A stretch of 64,000 nt of DNA from the NCBI GenBank assembly GCA_964016885.1, contig OZ024749.1, forward strand, positions 15,066,001-15,130,000, given 5' to 3'. The notes below the pieces were generated by a model. It ran no database searches and had not been told where the DNA came from. It saw only the letters and a program-made list of their open reading frames with translations. This stretch comes from Eledone cirrhosa (taxonomy: Eukaryota). Numbering within the stretch: position 1 is the stretch's first letter; each line of letters begins with the position of its first letter. The position numbers and the translations under genes are program-made. Of the stretch, positions 40,185-54,054 are shown one piece after another.

Positions 40185-41321
40185 TGTGTGTGTGTGTGTG
40201 TAGTGGTAGGAGGGAGTGTACCGATGACAAAAATATTCCTTTACTGTTGTCTTATGTTGCTCAACATTATAGAAGATAAAATACAAGATTATTTGGATTA
40301 AATTCCCTTTATTTACTGTCTAGATCTGTACTTCACAAATTAAACTAAAATGTACCAGTAATATCTTGGTACCAAAGGGGTGAGATGTTACAAAATTTAC
40401 CAGTAATATCTTGGTATGCAAGAGGTCGAAGATAAAATATGTACCAGTAATATCCTAGTATACAAGAGGTGAGAGGTTAAAAGATGTACCAGTAATATCT
40501 TGCTACACACAGGTGAGAGGTTACAAGAGGTACCAGCAATGACTTGGTACATAAGGGGTAGAGAGAAACGACATACCAGTAATATCTTTAGTGCACAAAG
40601 GGTGAGAGGTCAAAAGATGTACCAGTAATATCTTTGGCACACAAGGGGTTGGAGGTAAAATATATACCTGCACACTTATTGGCACTCAAAGACTTAACGA
40701 GCTCGTCAGTCATAGATTGACCATTAGATGTTTTCTCAGTCATAAGATGTTCTCTCAGTCATAGACTGATCATTAGATAGATGGTCAGTCATAAGATATT
40801 CTCCCAGTCATCACATCCTATCATCTCCTCTCAGTCAGTCACCCAACTTTCTCACTTCAATCAGACTAACAGATAAGGACAGATCTTAAAAACTAAAATC
40901 TCCCTTAAAGACAGATCTTAATAACTAAAGCCTCCCTTAAAGACATATTTTAAGAACTAAAGCCTCCCTTAAAGACATATCTTAAGAACTAAAGCCTTCC
41001 TAGCTCTACATTAGACAAATGACAAAAACACAACAGGTCAGTCTACTGTAGCTGGCCTGTCCACCACCACCACCACCACCATCAACCCCCTCCACCACTA
41101 CAACCACCACCACCACCACCACCACCATCAACCCCCTCCACCACTACAACCACCACCACCACCACCACCACCACCACCACCATTGTAGTCTGTATGCAAA
41201 CAGATATTGTCTCCAGATGTAAATAAAGAATGCCTTGTCACACACACACGTCAACATCTATGTGTGTGTGTAGGTGTATATTATGTGTGGGCGTATTTCT
41301 GTCTGTATGTGTATACATACT

Positions 41322-41353
<32 letters not shown>

Positions 41354-43292
41354 CTTTAGATATGTATGTGTATATGCATGTGTGTATGTGTCTGTGTAGA
41401 CATGTCGTTTGTGCGTATGTGTCTGTGTGTGGAGGTCTGTATATGTGTGTGTGTATGTGTGTCTGTATGCGTATGTGTATGTGCACGTCTGTCTGTATGT
41501 GTGTGTGTATGTGTACGTCTGTCTGTATGTGTGTGTGTATGTGTACGTCTGTCTGTATGTGTGTGTGTATGTGTACGTCTGTCTGTATGTGTGTGTGTAT
41601 GTGTACGTATGTCTGTATATGTGTATGTGTGTCTGTATTTGTGTGTATGTGTATGTGTGTGTGTATGTGTACGTCTGTATGTGTGTGTTAATCAATAAGC
41701 AGCTAATTTTGCAACAGATAATGAAATCTTGACATAATCTACCACAACAGACTTTATATGTTATTACCACCTCCACCACTGCCATACCACCACCACCACC
41801 ACCACCACCACCACCACTGACATACCACCCCTACTGCCATACCACCACCACCTCCACCACTGACATCCACCACCACCACCACCACCTCCACCACTGCCAT
41901 ACTACCACCACCACCACTGCCATACCACCCTTACTGCCACACCACCACCACCTCCACCACTGCCATACCACCACCACCGCCACCACTGAGATACCACCAC
42001 CACCTCCACCACTGAGATACCACCACCACCACCACCACTGACATACCACCCCTACTGCCATACCACCACCACCTCCACCACTTACATACCACCCCTACTG
42101 CCATACCACCACCACCTCCACCACTGACATACCACCACCACCTCCATTACTGCCATACCACCACCACCTCCACCACTGCCATACCACCACCACTGACATA
42201 CCACCCCTACTGCCATACCACCACCACCTCCACTACTGCCATACCACCACCACCTCCACTACTGCCATACCACCACCACCACCACCACTGACATACCACC
42301 ACTACCACCACTGACATACCATCCCTACTGCCATACCACCACCGCTGCCATACCACCACCACTGCTGACATACCACCACCACCACCACCACCACTGCCAT
42401 ACCACCACCGCTGCCATACCATCACCACTGCTGACATACCACCACCACCACCACTGCCATACCACCACCGCTGCCATACCATCACCACCACAACCACATG
42501 TAATAATGTGAATCACAGTGTGTGTTTGTGTGTACCTGGACATACAAAGAAGAGTTGGTTATTCCAAAAGAACAAGGAATATTAATAACAACATATATTC
42601 ATTTCATATATATATATATATATATATACTGGTGCATGTGTTTCTTATTGGCAACATGACCCTACCAAAGTATATATATATGAATATATATATACATATA
42701 GGGCGATGACATACGACCATGACCTCTGGCGTTACGCAGTAATACAGAAGACCCGACCCCCCACGGGCACAAGCCACAGCTGAAGCATATAGACAATATG
42801 CGCCACACCCTCCCACTGCAAAGTGGTCGTGTAGGTGCCACGGCAAAAAACCACCCAGCCCACACTGTAAAGTGGACGTGTAGGCGCCACGGAAAAAAAA
42901 AAGCACCCTGCACTCACTGTAAATGAGGTTGGTGTTAGGAAGGGCACCCAGCTGTATAAAGCAAGCCAGACTCAGTTCCCGTCCCACCCTTGCAAGCAGG
43001 GAAAAGCAGACGGAAAATGATGATGATGATAATATATTAACGATAACACATTAAATTACTATTACATAAGGACATTTTATTGCCTTTGAAATGTACATAA
43101 TGAGTGTGACGTAAGATAACAAACTGAACTAGAAAATGTAAAACCATCTCTCTCTCCTTACTTAATATTGATACTTTGTCTAGTACCATATACGTAATAC
43201 CTTATGATAACTACAACTGGAGTGCTTATGCATAAGTACACCATGGTTAGTTGATTGCTTGGATCAAGCAACACGGATTATTGAAACATGTA

Positions 43293-43339
<47 letters not shown>

Positions 43340-43468
43340 TCACACACAAATATATATACATGTGTTGTGTATATGGCCGACTGAATATGTACGCATGTCT
43401 TTTTCTCCCAAATTTATTTTTCTCGTTATCCCAGTTCCTTCGTCTCATCACTCTTTACTTCTTAATTA

Positions 43469-43504
43469 TCTTCTAATGAAGGACTAGTGTCCGAAACATT
43501 AAGA
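43469..43504 (+). ncRNA. Degenerate hammerhead (family shared with 63928-63962)
   Basis: tctt-CTAATGA-a-ggac tagt gtcc-GAAA-catt-aaga; the sister copy has an intact CTGATGA but a broken GAAA. Confidence 0.45.
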
Positions 43505-43741
43505 CTCTCTTCCTGCTATTTCAAGCGATAAACTAATATTTTTTTCTTCCTTGTACTGTACCGTTTGTTTTGTTATTTTTGTTATTTATGTTTACCTTTT
43601 ACACACACACATACAAACATACACATAGATACAGATATATATATTGGAAAATAGAATAGCTTTCACCGTATTTTTGACTAAAGGAATTTTAGCCTGATAA
43701 TGGGGTTTAGAACCCTCAGATAAATGGAAAAAGATGAGTAT

Positions 43742-43812
43742 TGACGTACATGGGAGTCGAACCCACATCTTTGGTTATCGCAACCACTGTGCTACCATTA
43801 CACCAACACATC
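43742..43812 (-). pseudogene. tRNA-like sequence (pseudogene or SINE head)
   Basis: GATGTGT-TGGTGTAATGGTAGCAC-...-GTGGG TTCGACT CCCAT-GTACGTC; A and B boxes present, anticodon loop atypical. Confidence 0.65.
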
Positions 43813-43982
43813 ACCCATCTCTTTCCATTCAAATTAGAAGCTTCATTCTTAGCGAGTTTAAATGGCAAGTAAGTATGTTTTTGAAACTGAGCAGGTTTGA
43901 AATTAGAAAATAGAATAGCTTTCACCGTATTTTTGACTAAAGGAATTTTAGCCTGATAATGTGGTTTAGAACCCTATATATA

Positions 43983-44076
43983 TAAGATGTCCCAAAAAAT
44001 GTATACACACTTCAACAACTTTCTAATAAATATTGCTTGTACAGGTAATCAAAATGTGTATACATTTTTGGGACAC

Positions 44077-44080
<4 letters not shown>
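43983..44080. mobile_element. Tc1/mariner-type MITE remnant
   Basis: TIRs (a)agatgtcccaaaaaatgtatacaca / tgtgtatacatttttgggacaccctg (CAGGGTGTCCCA-type end). Confidence 0.65.
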
Positions 44081-44135
<55 letters not shown>

Positions 44136-44210
44136 ATAGAAATTTTGTATTTCTAAAGAAATACGATCTTAGGAAGCTGTAGGTATGCAAACACCAGGGG
44201 GGGGGGGGGG

Positions 44211-44369
44211 GCTAACGTCCTCTGGTGGTGTCCAGCAGAAGCAGGGGGGGGACAACCGTCTATGCATCTCAGGCTTGACTGGCTATCGTCAGGATGATCC
44301 CTCCCACCACTTGCGACTGCCTGAAATTGTCCCCCTGGCTTCTGCTGGACACCACCAGAGGGCGTTAGC
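44211..44369. repeat. GC-rich inverted repeat (MITE-like) carrying CTCF-like motifs
   Basis: gctaacgtcctctggtggtgtccagcagaagc ... gcttctgctggacaccaccagagggcgttagc. Confidence 0.8.
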
Positions 44370-44692
44370 AATTTTAAAACAACTTAATCAATGAAACAAT
44401 TGTTAATACTGTAAATAAAACCCTTCTTGTACTGTTGACCATGTTATTTTTCACTATATATATATATATATATATACACATATATACTAACTCTGCTTCT
44501 GTTCCATGCAATTGTCTTTAACACTTCATCTCATTACTCACCACAAAGAGGGAGTGTGTCTGTGTGTGTATGTATGTGTATGCATGTATGTATGTGTGTC
44601 TGCATATATATGTGTGTATGTATGTATGTATGTATGTATGTATGTGTGTCTGCGTATATATATGTGTATGTCTGTATGTGTGTGTCTGTGTG

Positions 44693-44725
<33 letters not shown>

Positions 44726-45220
44726 CTATGTGAGTGCTTGTGTGTTGTTTGAGGTGAAAGAGAGCTCTTCAGATAAGGAGGAATATTTAGTGTTGGTATC
44801 ACACTGGTGGAGAGGCTATTGTGTTCTATCTTAGAGGTTGGTGTCAGTTGGAGTGGTGGAAACCACTTGACTCTTTGGTGGTGGTGGTGGTGGTGGTGGT
44901 GGTGGTGTTGTTGTTCGTGGTGGTTTTGGTCATGGTGGAGATGTTATAGGTGATGGGAACCTTGTTGTTGTTGGTGGTGATGGAGGCTAATGGTGGTGAT
45001 GGTGTTAGTGGATGGTGTTGGTGATGACAATGAAATAATAATACTGTAAATACTGCCGCCGCCACCACCGCATCAGTCACCCCCCCCCCCCCTACCACAT
45101 ATGTTTACAATATAAAACACTGAAGATCAACAACAACAACAGCAGCAAGAACATACAAAGTGAAAATTTAATTAGTTAAATGTTATAAACAATATGAAAA
45201 ACTTTGAATTGAATTGCGCA

Positions 45221-45274
<54 letters not shown>

Positions 45275-47221
45275 TATATAGATACACACACACACATATA
45301 TAGATACACACACATATATATATTAATACACACACACATATATATAGATACACACACACACACACATATATATATACATACACATATATATAGATACACA
45401 CACACACACACACATATATATATGCATACACAAATATATATATATATAGATACACACACATATACCCACACACACACATATTTATATATATATATGATGA
45501 AGGTCATCTGCTCCATACAAGGCCTGACCATTTCCTGCACTTTATGTCTGTTCCTTCCTCGTATAACATCTCAAATGGCTTTTGAGTCCAGAATTCCAGA
45601 AAGCCTGTGAAAGACCCGTCCACAGATAATACAATGAGGTCTCAATTTGTTCTTATTTCCACTTTGGGTGGGATAAATTTACTCCAGGCTGGAATCAGTA
45701 AATATATCCCTAGAGACGATATACCCTCTGGGGTAGGGGTAAACTTACTCCAGACTGGAATCAACTAGTTTATCTCTAGAGACAATATCCTTAGACAATA
45801 TACCCTCTGGGGTAGGGATAAACCTATTCCTGGCTGGAATCAACAAGTGTATAACTAAATACAATATATATAGAAATACTAAATCATTAAATTTATCTCC
45901 ACAGGTAATTTACACCTGGAAAGGAGGTGGAGGTGTAAATTTACTCCAGGCTGGACCTGACTAAGGAATAACATTCCCGTGGTAAAATATTGTGGTCATA
46001 TTCACCTATTTAGGAATTCAAGTTTCAATCCCAAAACCTGCTTTGGTTAATCCTTTAGTTCTTAAATATGATACTTATCTCTGGTATTTATCTTAATATT
46101 AGTTTTGATGACCATTCTATTATGGCTTTTGCTAAAAATATCTCACTTCTTGAGCAAGGTCAACTAGGAGAGGTCAAGAATAGTAAACTATGTTTTCAGT
46201 GGGAAAACAAAATGTTGGTCAAGTCTTTATCTTTGGTGCTGTTTATAAAAAGACAAAAAGAAAGAACACAAAAAAATGGAATCTTTTCTGGGAAATCTTC
46301 AGATAGCATTCCACCACCAGAGAAGAGTTGATAACAGCAAGTTAGCTGGCTAATTATAATCATCATTATCAACATCATCATCATCATCACCACCATCTCC
46401 GTCTCAATTATTGATCCCCACCACCAGCATTTAATGTTTGTTTTCCTCTCAGAGCAACCGACGGATGCATCTTACATAAGTTTCCCCACTCTACAGAGTA
46501 TACTGGGTGCATTTTACTGTGGCACAAACATCTGAGGGGTTGTTGTGACCTTGACACAAATAAAGAGTTAGCTCAACCCTTTGATTGGCAACTTTTCTAT
46601 GACTGGATGCCCTTCTTATCACCAACCACTTTACATTGTGTACTGGGTGCATCTTATTGTGGCACCAACATTTCAGAGATTGTTGTAACCTTGACATAGA
46701 TAAAGAGTTAGCTCAACCCTTTCTTTGGCAATTTTTCTATGGTTGGATGCCCTTCCTATCAACAACCACTTTACAGAGTGTACTAGGTGCATTTTATACT
46801 ATACATATACTGTTTAATCATGGCGGGAAGGGCAGTGGCCAAGACCATTTTCTGGTCTCTGAGAGGTGTGGGCGAAAGGGAGTTGCCATCAAACTGGTGA
46901 ACTGGCTTGAATGCTTGCAACAGAGTGGACTCTACTAAAGTCAACCAGGTACCACCAGGTGTTGGTAGCGGTGTTAAACCAGGCAATGGATTAAGTCTAT
47001 CACTGAAGGTGGCTCAAGTGGGGTTTCAACTCAGAAAGTCAAAGAACAAAACAAATACAGCAAGGTATCTAATACAACATTCTAACTATTCTACCGATCT
47101 ACAATAGTAAAAAGCAGTGGATCAGTGTGTATGTGTGTATGTGTATTCGTACAGTATGTATCTCTCTCTCTCTCGCTCTCTCTCATATATATATATATCT
47201 GTGTGTGTGGTATGTAAGCAG

Positions 47222-47279
<58 letters not shown>

Positions 47280-47282
47280 ATG

Positions 47283-47465
47283 GTTTCTTATATAGGCACA
47301 AGGCCAGCAATTATCCCAGTGCATTACTGATACTTTATTTTATCGACCCCGCAAGGACGAAAAGCAAAGTTAACCTCGGCGGGATTTGAGCTCAGATCAT
47401 AAAGGGCCGTAACTCCATGCTGCAAAACATGGCGTCCGACCCTCTAGCGATTCTGCCAATCCACC
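47283..47465 (-). mobile_element. Same Meta-like SINE, full length
   Basis: Closely similar to 30738-30922. Confidence 0.75.
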
Positions 47466-47479
47466 ATATATATAATAAA

Positions 47480-47720
47480 AATAAACAAGAAAGACAGTTT
47501 CGTTTGTACATCCCTATTTATTTTATTATACATATTTCAAAGACATAAGGCAGTTGTATAACAACTGCCCTACGTGTTCTCTTCAGACAAAAATTCCAAC
47601 GAGATGTAAAGTTCCATTGATATGTTACCGGCCATACATAACATATCAATGGAACTTTGAAATATGTATAACAAAATAAATAGGGATGTACGAACGAACC
47701 TATCTTTCTTGTTTATTATA
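47480..47720. repeat. Nested palindrome containing a hammerhead
   Basis: Outer arms aataaacaagaaaga..gtacatccctatttattt / aaataaatagggatgtac..tctttcttgtttatt; inner hairpin 47610-47658. Confidence 0.85.
47521..47592 (-). ncRNA. Hammerhead ribozyme with a long stem II, same family as 5692
   Basis: ttttgt-CTGAAGA-gaacacgtagggcagttgt tat acaactgccttatgtcttt-GAAA-tatgtATA-ataaaa. Confidence 0.7.
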
Positions 47721-47803
47721 TAAACTCCGGACGAACAAAAACCGTGGAGAGTTAAGAAAAAATTGGCAGATTTTCAATCAACCAACTTTCTTCAATTGAA
47801 TAA

Positions 47804-47861
<58 letters not shown>

Positions 47862-48108
47862 TTTATAGAGTAAAATGGCAGGAGGTCGGGCAGGTTGAAT
47901 TCCTACAAATTTTTATTCCTGCAAACACTATGCACATTTCAGTGGCCAGGTTACTTATGAACCTGGTGACATCATCAGGTGTATATTGCATAATAGTTAT
48001 ATACCAAAGGAAACATGGTAAACACATTCCAAGAGGCTTTAAGGAGGAAAAGCAGAGAAGAAAGAAACAGAGACAATTCTACCCAGTGGTGAACCAAACT
48101 TAAACATT

Positions 48109-48197
<89 letters not shown>

Positions 48198-49214
48198 TGT
48201 GGTGTTGAGACTGTGGAGACCACTAATTATAGGAGTACTCAATACATAGGAGGATGCAGAGTCGGTATAGAGATATTTAAAATCTCAAGCCTGGCGCCTA
48301 GAAGTTTCAGCTTATGTGTTCTTAAAAAGGCTTACTGAACACACAAGCTGAATGTGAGTGTGGTATGTAAGCAGTGTGTGTAAGTGTATGTGTACAAGTG
48401 TATATGTATGTGGTGTGTGTGTGTGTATGCATGTGTGTGCATTTAAGCGTATATGTGTGTGGTATGTTGCATGTGAATATGTGAAAATATTATCAACTTT
48501 CAACCTGGAGGGGGATGTAAATATTTAAAAATAAATATACAGAGACCACAGAGAAGACACTCACACACACACAAATATGACACACACACACATACACAGG
48601 CACACACATACATAAACCATGATACGCACACATACAAACACACCACACACACACATATATAAACACACACACACATACAAAGAAACACACACACATATAC
48701 CATGATGCGCACACATACATATCATGACATACACACACACATACGACACACATATACATACACACCATGACACACACATACATTCAATGACATACAAACA
48801 TACATACATACCATGACACATACATACAAAGACATACACACACACACACACATACCATGACACACACACACATTCCTCTCATATCTTCACATCTCTTAGA
48901 TCCTCATCCTACTTAAGACCCCAACATTCTGTGTCCCAAAATACAGGTTTTAACCAGTTTAGTACCCCATGCCCCCTGCCTAGCATATGTCTGGGTCAGG
49001 TATGGTGTAGTGGGTAAGGAGGTAACTGTCTGGCCTTAGGATACACCACACCAGTACACATCACCACTGCACTACATTACACATTGCAGTACCCCACTAT
49101 TAGACAGTTTTTCTAAGCCCTGTAAAAAGAAGTCGGAAGGCTGGGCCTCCAACCAGGCCTCTGTAGCAGCAATTAAGCCAGGCACTTTTCAGCACCCCCT
49201 TGTGTATATATATA

Positions 49215-49265
49215 TATATATCTCAAGGGTACCAAAACTTTGGTACGCTCTCATCAGATAAAATA
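49215..49265 (-). ncRNA. Degenerate hammerhead, 5692/29840 family
   Basis: attttat-CTGATGA-gagcgtaccaaa gt tttggtaccctt-GAGA. Confidence 0.4.
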
Positions 49266-49844
49266 CAAAGTTTGTTTTATAAATATTGACATATCCAGGA
49301 AGGAGATCTTAATGGTTCAAGTTTTTCATGGATATTCCTTTTGCTTATATTGACCTGGACCTCCTGGAAATTGATGGTATAATCTAGTGGAAGGTTTCTG
49401 TGACACCTAAATCAATTATACTGCCTGCTTTCAATGTAAGCTTTTGGTATAATATATATATATATATATATATAGGGAGACACAAAGCAGGCTTTGTTTA
49501 CAAACGGCTAGCGAATTTGAAAATTAGGTAGTACCATGTGCTTATGCTGTATTTGACTACAAAGAATTAGTCTGTTAGTTGGGATTTTAAAAAACCCTCT
49601 GAATAGAAGAAGGATGAGTATTGATGTACGTGGGACACGAACTGTGAATTCACTTAAATGCCTCTTGAAAAAATCTCAAATATTCACTTTGCATGAATAA
49701 CGCGCTATAATGCATGTGGTTTTTAATTTCTTCATTTATCAGAAATACTAGACTTGAATTATGCAAATTTGCTTTACACGCCGCACACACAAACGCATCA
49801 TTGTGTAAAAAGAACAGACTGTGTGTGTGTGTGTATATATATGT

Positions 49845-50192
49845 GGAGGCACATGGCTTAGTGGTTAGAGCATTGGGCTTGCAATCGAAAGGTTGTGAGT
49901 TCAATTCTCAGACCGGGTGATGTGTTGTTTCCTTGAGCAAGACACTTTATTTCACATTGCTCTAGTTTACTCAGCTGTAGAAATGAGATGATAGGGACTG
50001 GGGTCCATATCATTCCACTGCAAAGTGGTCACGGAGGTGCCATGGCAAAAGAGCACCCAGCACTCACTGTAAATGAGGTTGGTTGGTGTTAGGAAGGGCA
50101 TCCAGCTGTAGAAATCAAGCCAGACTCAGTTCCCGTTCCACCCTTGCACGCAGGGCAAAAGCGGACGTAAAATGAAATGAATGAAATGATGA
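49845..50192 (+). mobile_element. Same RTE-tailed tRNA SINE
   Basis: Closely similar to 20997-21330. Confidence 0.8.
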
Positions 50193-50658
50193 TATATATA
50201 TCACTACCATAGAAAAAAATGTATAATGTTTAAGAAGGTCGAGTCAGTGGCTCCTGTTACTCTGGAGTTTCTCCTGTATGTTTGCAGGCTCATCAGACAC
50301 TTGGAGAACTGTATTTTATACACACACACAGGTTCAGACAGACAGTCAGACAAACACACTCATGGCTGGGTTTTAAATGCACCACCCAAAGTCAGAGATA
50401 GAAAAAATTATATTTACCACAAATTCAATTAACAAAGACTAAAGTAAGGAGGTGGTGGTGGTGGTGATGAAGAAGAGGAAGTTGTGCAAATATGTCAGTT
50501 TGAAACTCTATCTTACCTACAGCAGCTTGAAAGAGAGAGGGGGGAAAAGAGCAAGAGAGAGGCATAACAAAAATAAAGGTGTGATATCCTGTTAAATAAA
50601 CAGGTGTCACAAGTTTGCATTGATAAGTCAACAGTTGGTGCCTTGTTAGAGAATAATA

Positions 50659-52480
50659 GGACATACTATAGAGGAGGTCACTGGACAGGGCATATACTAT
50701 ATACAAGGGTACTATAGAGGTCACTGGACAGGGCATATACTATATACCAGGGAACTATAGAGGTGGTTGCTGGACAGGGCATATACTATATACAAGGGTA
50801 CTATAGAGGTGGTCGCTGGACAGGGCATATACTATATACCAGGGAACTATAGAGGTGGTTGCTGGACAGGGCATATACTATATACCAGGGTACTATAGAG
50901 GTGGTCGCTGGACAGGGCATATACTATATACCAGGGTAGTATAGAGGTCACTGGACAGGGCATATACTATATACCAGGGTACTATAGAGGTCACTGGACA
51001 GGGCATATACTATATACCAGGGTACTATAGAGGAGGTCACTGGACAGGGCATATACTATATACCAGGGTACTATAGAGGTGGTCGCTGGACAGGGCATAT
51101 ACTATATACCAGGGTACTATAGAGGAGGTCGCTGGACAGGGCATATACTATATACCAGGGTACTATAGAGGAGGTCGCTGGACAGGGCATATACTATATA
51201 CCAGGGTACTATAGAGGTCACTGGACAGGGCATATACTATATACCAGGGTACTATAGAGGAGGTCGCTGGACAGGGCATATACTATATACCAGGGTACTA
51301 TAGAGGTCACTGGACAGGACATATACTATATACCAGGGTACTATAGAGGTCACTGGACAGGACATATACTATATACCAGGGTACTATAGAGGAGGTCGCT
51401 GGACAGGGCATATACTATATACCAGGGTACTATAGAGGTGGTCGCTGGACAGGGCATATACTATATACCAGGGTACTATAGAGGAGGTCGCTGGACAGGG
51501 CATATACTATATACCAGGGTAGTATAGAGGAGGTCGCTGGACAGGGCATATACTATATACCAGGGTACCATAGAGGTGGTCGCTGGATAGGGCATATACT
51601 ATATACCAGGGTACTATAGAGGTGGTCGCTGGACAGGGCATATACTATATACCAGGGTAGTATAGAGGAGGTCGCTACAGGGCATATACTATATACCAGG
51701 GTAGTATAGAGGTCACTGGACAGGGCATATACTATATACCAGGGTACTATAGAGGAGGTCGCTGGACAGGGCATATACTATATACCAGGGTACTATAGAG
51801 GTCTCTGGACAGGGCATATACTATATACCAGGGTACTATAGAGGTGGTCGCTGGACAGGGCATATACTATATACCAGGGTACTATAGAGGTGGTCGCTGG
51901 ACAGGGCATATACTATATACCAGGGTACTATAGAGGAGGTCGCTGGACAGGGCATATACTATATACCAGGGTACTATAGAGGAGGTCTCTGGACAGGGCA
52001 TATACTATATACCAGGGTACTATAGAGGAGGTCGCTGGACAGGGCATATACTATATACCAGGGTACTACAGAGGTGGTCGCTGGACAGGGCATATACTAT
52101 ATACCAGGGTACTATAGAGGAGGTCGCTGGACAGGGCATATACTATATACCAGGGTACTATAGAGGAGGTCTCTGGACAGGGCATATACTATATACCAGG
52201 GTACTATAGAGGAGGTCTCTGGACAGGGCATATACTATATACCAGGGTACTATAGAGGAGGTCGCTGGACAGGGCATATACTATATACTAGAGTACTATG
52301 GAACAGGTCACTGGACAGGGAATATACTATATACCAGGGTACTATAGAGGTGGTCACTGGACAGGGCATATACTATATATCAGGGTACTATGGAACAGGT
52401 CACTGGACAGGGCATATACTATATACCAGGGTACTATAGCAGAGGTCACTGGACATATACTATATACCAGAGTACTATGG
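50659..52480. repeat. 43/46-bp minisatellite GGACAGGGCATATACTATATACCAGGGTACTATAGAGG(AGG)TCGCT, ~40 copies
   Basis: Direct inspection; abuts the PLE relic at 52510. Confidence 0.97.
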
Positions 52481-52509
52481 AGTTTAGAAGGCAGGGAATA
52501 TACTAAATA

Positions 52510-53150
52510 AATTAAGATGGGAGAAACTCATCTGTACTCCCTCAACATGCCAGAATAGATCATATGGGGGCACACTAGAGAACATCAAGATAAAACTCCT
52601 ATCCACACACAGAACAGCCGCAATGCTCCAAGAGATTACTGAAGCAACAAACATAAACAAACTCAAACCAAAACTAAACAAAAAAACAAGTGGAATAGCA
52701 ACAGCATCACAACTAATAACTAAGGTCAAAATGAAGACACACAGACACACAAGAACCAAATTAATAAAACAAACCAGACACACTCAGATAGAACAAGCAA
52801 ACAACTAGTGAGAAGTAAATAAAAATAAATAAATAAAAACATATACAAACCCCGGATATAATGCATGAGCAAACCAAGCACACAGCTTACACAAATCAAG
52901 ATGGTGTAAGACAGAACAAAGGAGAGATACGTGGTCACTGTGGTTGTCACAGAACGTGACAAAAGAGCTTTGACAATGAATAATTAAACAACCATCCGGT
53001 TATTAAACCAAGCAACTGGAAGTTTATAATAAATTGAAGTGGAAACCAACAGGTGCGTGTGTTTTTATAGGCAACATGACCCTACCAAAGTATAAAAATG
53101 TCTGTTCCAACACACCTTTTCAGATAAGAAATCTTGCAAAACAAATACAA
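52510..53150 (+). mobile_element. Degenerate 3' end plus pLTR of a related PLE
   Basis: Relic translates as SSVL.QHARIDH...LENIKIKLLSTHRTAAMLQEITEATNINKLKPKLN, homologous to the end of ORF 19613..20407; eroded HHR at 52933-52975. Confidence 0.8.
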
Positions 53151-54054
53151 AAACAAAGTATATATATATTCGATCGTTTACGACACGTTTCACACATGTC
53201 GTAAATCTCTTTTGAATTATCTCCCTTTTCCTTCTCCTTCTCACTTCCAGTTGCTCCGTCTCTCTCTCTACCCTCACTTTGTTGAGATTGCACGGAACTA
53301 TGTCGCTCCCAGTTATTGCACCACAAGACTTAAGTCTAATCGATTCGTTGTAACTTATTCTATTCTATTCTATTTTTTCCTCGGTTACTCACTTGCATGT
53401 TCCATTGTCCTGCGCCCCCCCCCCCCCCCCCCCCCCTCCATTCGGTCTGTTTACTTCGTTTTTTTTCTCTTTCTTCCTCTCTCCTCACTACTTTCCCTTA
53501 TTATCTTTTCTTTCCCTCAAGGCCTTTTGATCGATAAAAGGCCTTGGGCGCGCTGCTGATCGCTTTTGATGTCCTGTTTTAAGCACCAAAACATCTAGGA
53601 TCTGCGGTTAACAGCTGATGAAGGGTTTCTTCTTTTGTTTCGTCCAAACTACCATCTTAAACTTTGTTTACAGTAACCACACAGTTCGCTTCGTTTCTTA
53701 TATATATATGTATATATAATATCTGTTCAGAAGTAGCTGTTGAAATGGCAGGTGCTCAGCCATTGGGGTCTCTAACTCCTTCACATATGTGTGTGTAGAA
53801 AGTGGTCATGTAGGTGTCACAACAAAAAGCACCCAGCCCACACTGTGAATGCGGTTGGCCTTAGGAAAAGCATCCAACTGTAGAGACCAAGCCAAAAAAT
53901 CAGTACTGTATGAGCAAGACATGGTCACCTGACCTAGCATTGCTCACAACAGAACAACTCATCTAACCCATGCTAGCGTGGAAAAATGGATGTAAAACAG
54001 TGATGATGATGATATATATATATATATGTATAGAGAGAGAGAAAGATAATAGTG

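Noticed and set aside
43742-43812. Functional tRNA gene
   Set aside because: Acceptor stem relies on several G-U pairs and the anticodon arm is non-canonical; kept as pseudogene or SINE head
50659-52480. Regular 43/46-bp array as a possible CRISPR
   Set aside because: Head-to-tail tandem units without spacers; eukaryotic context
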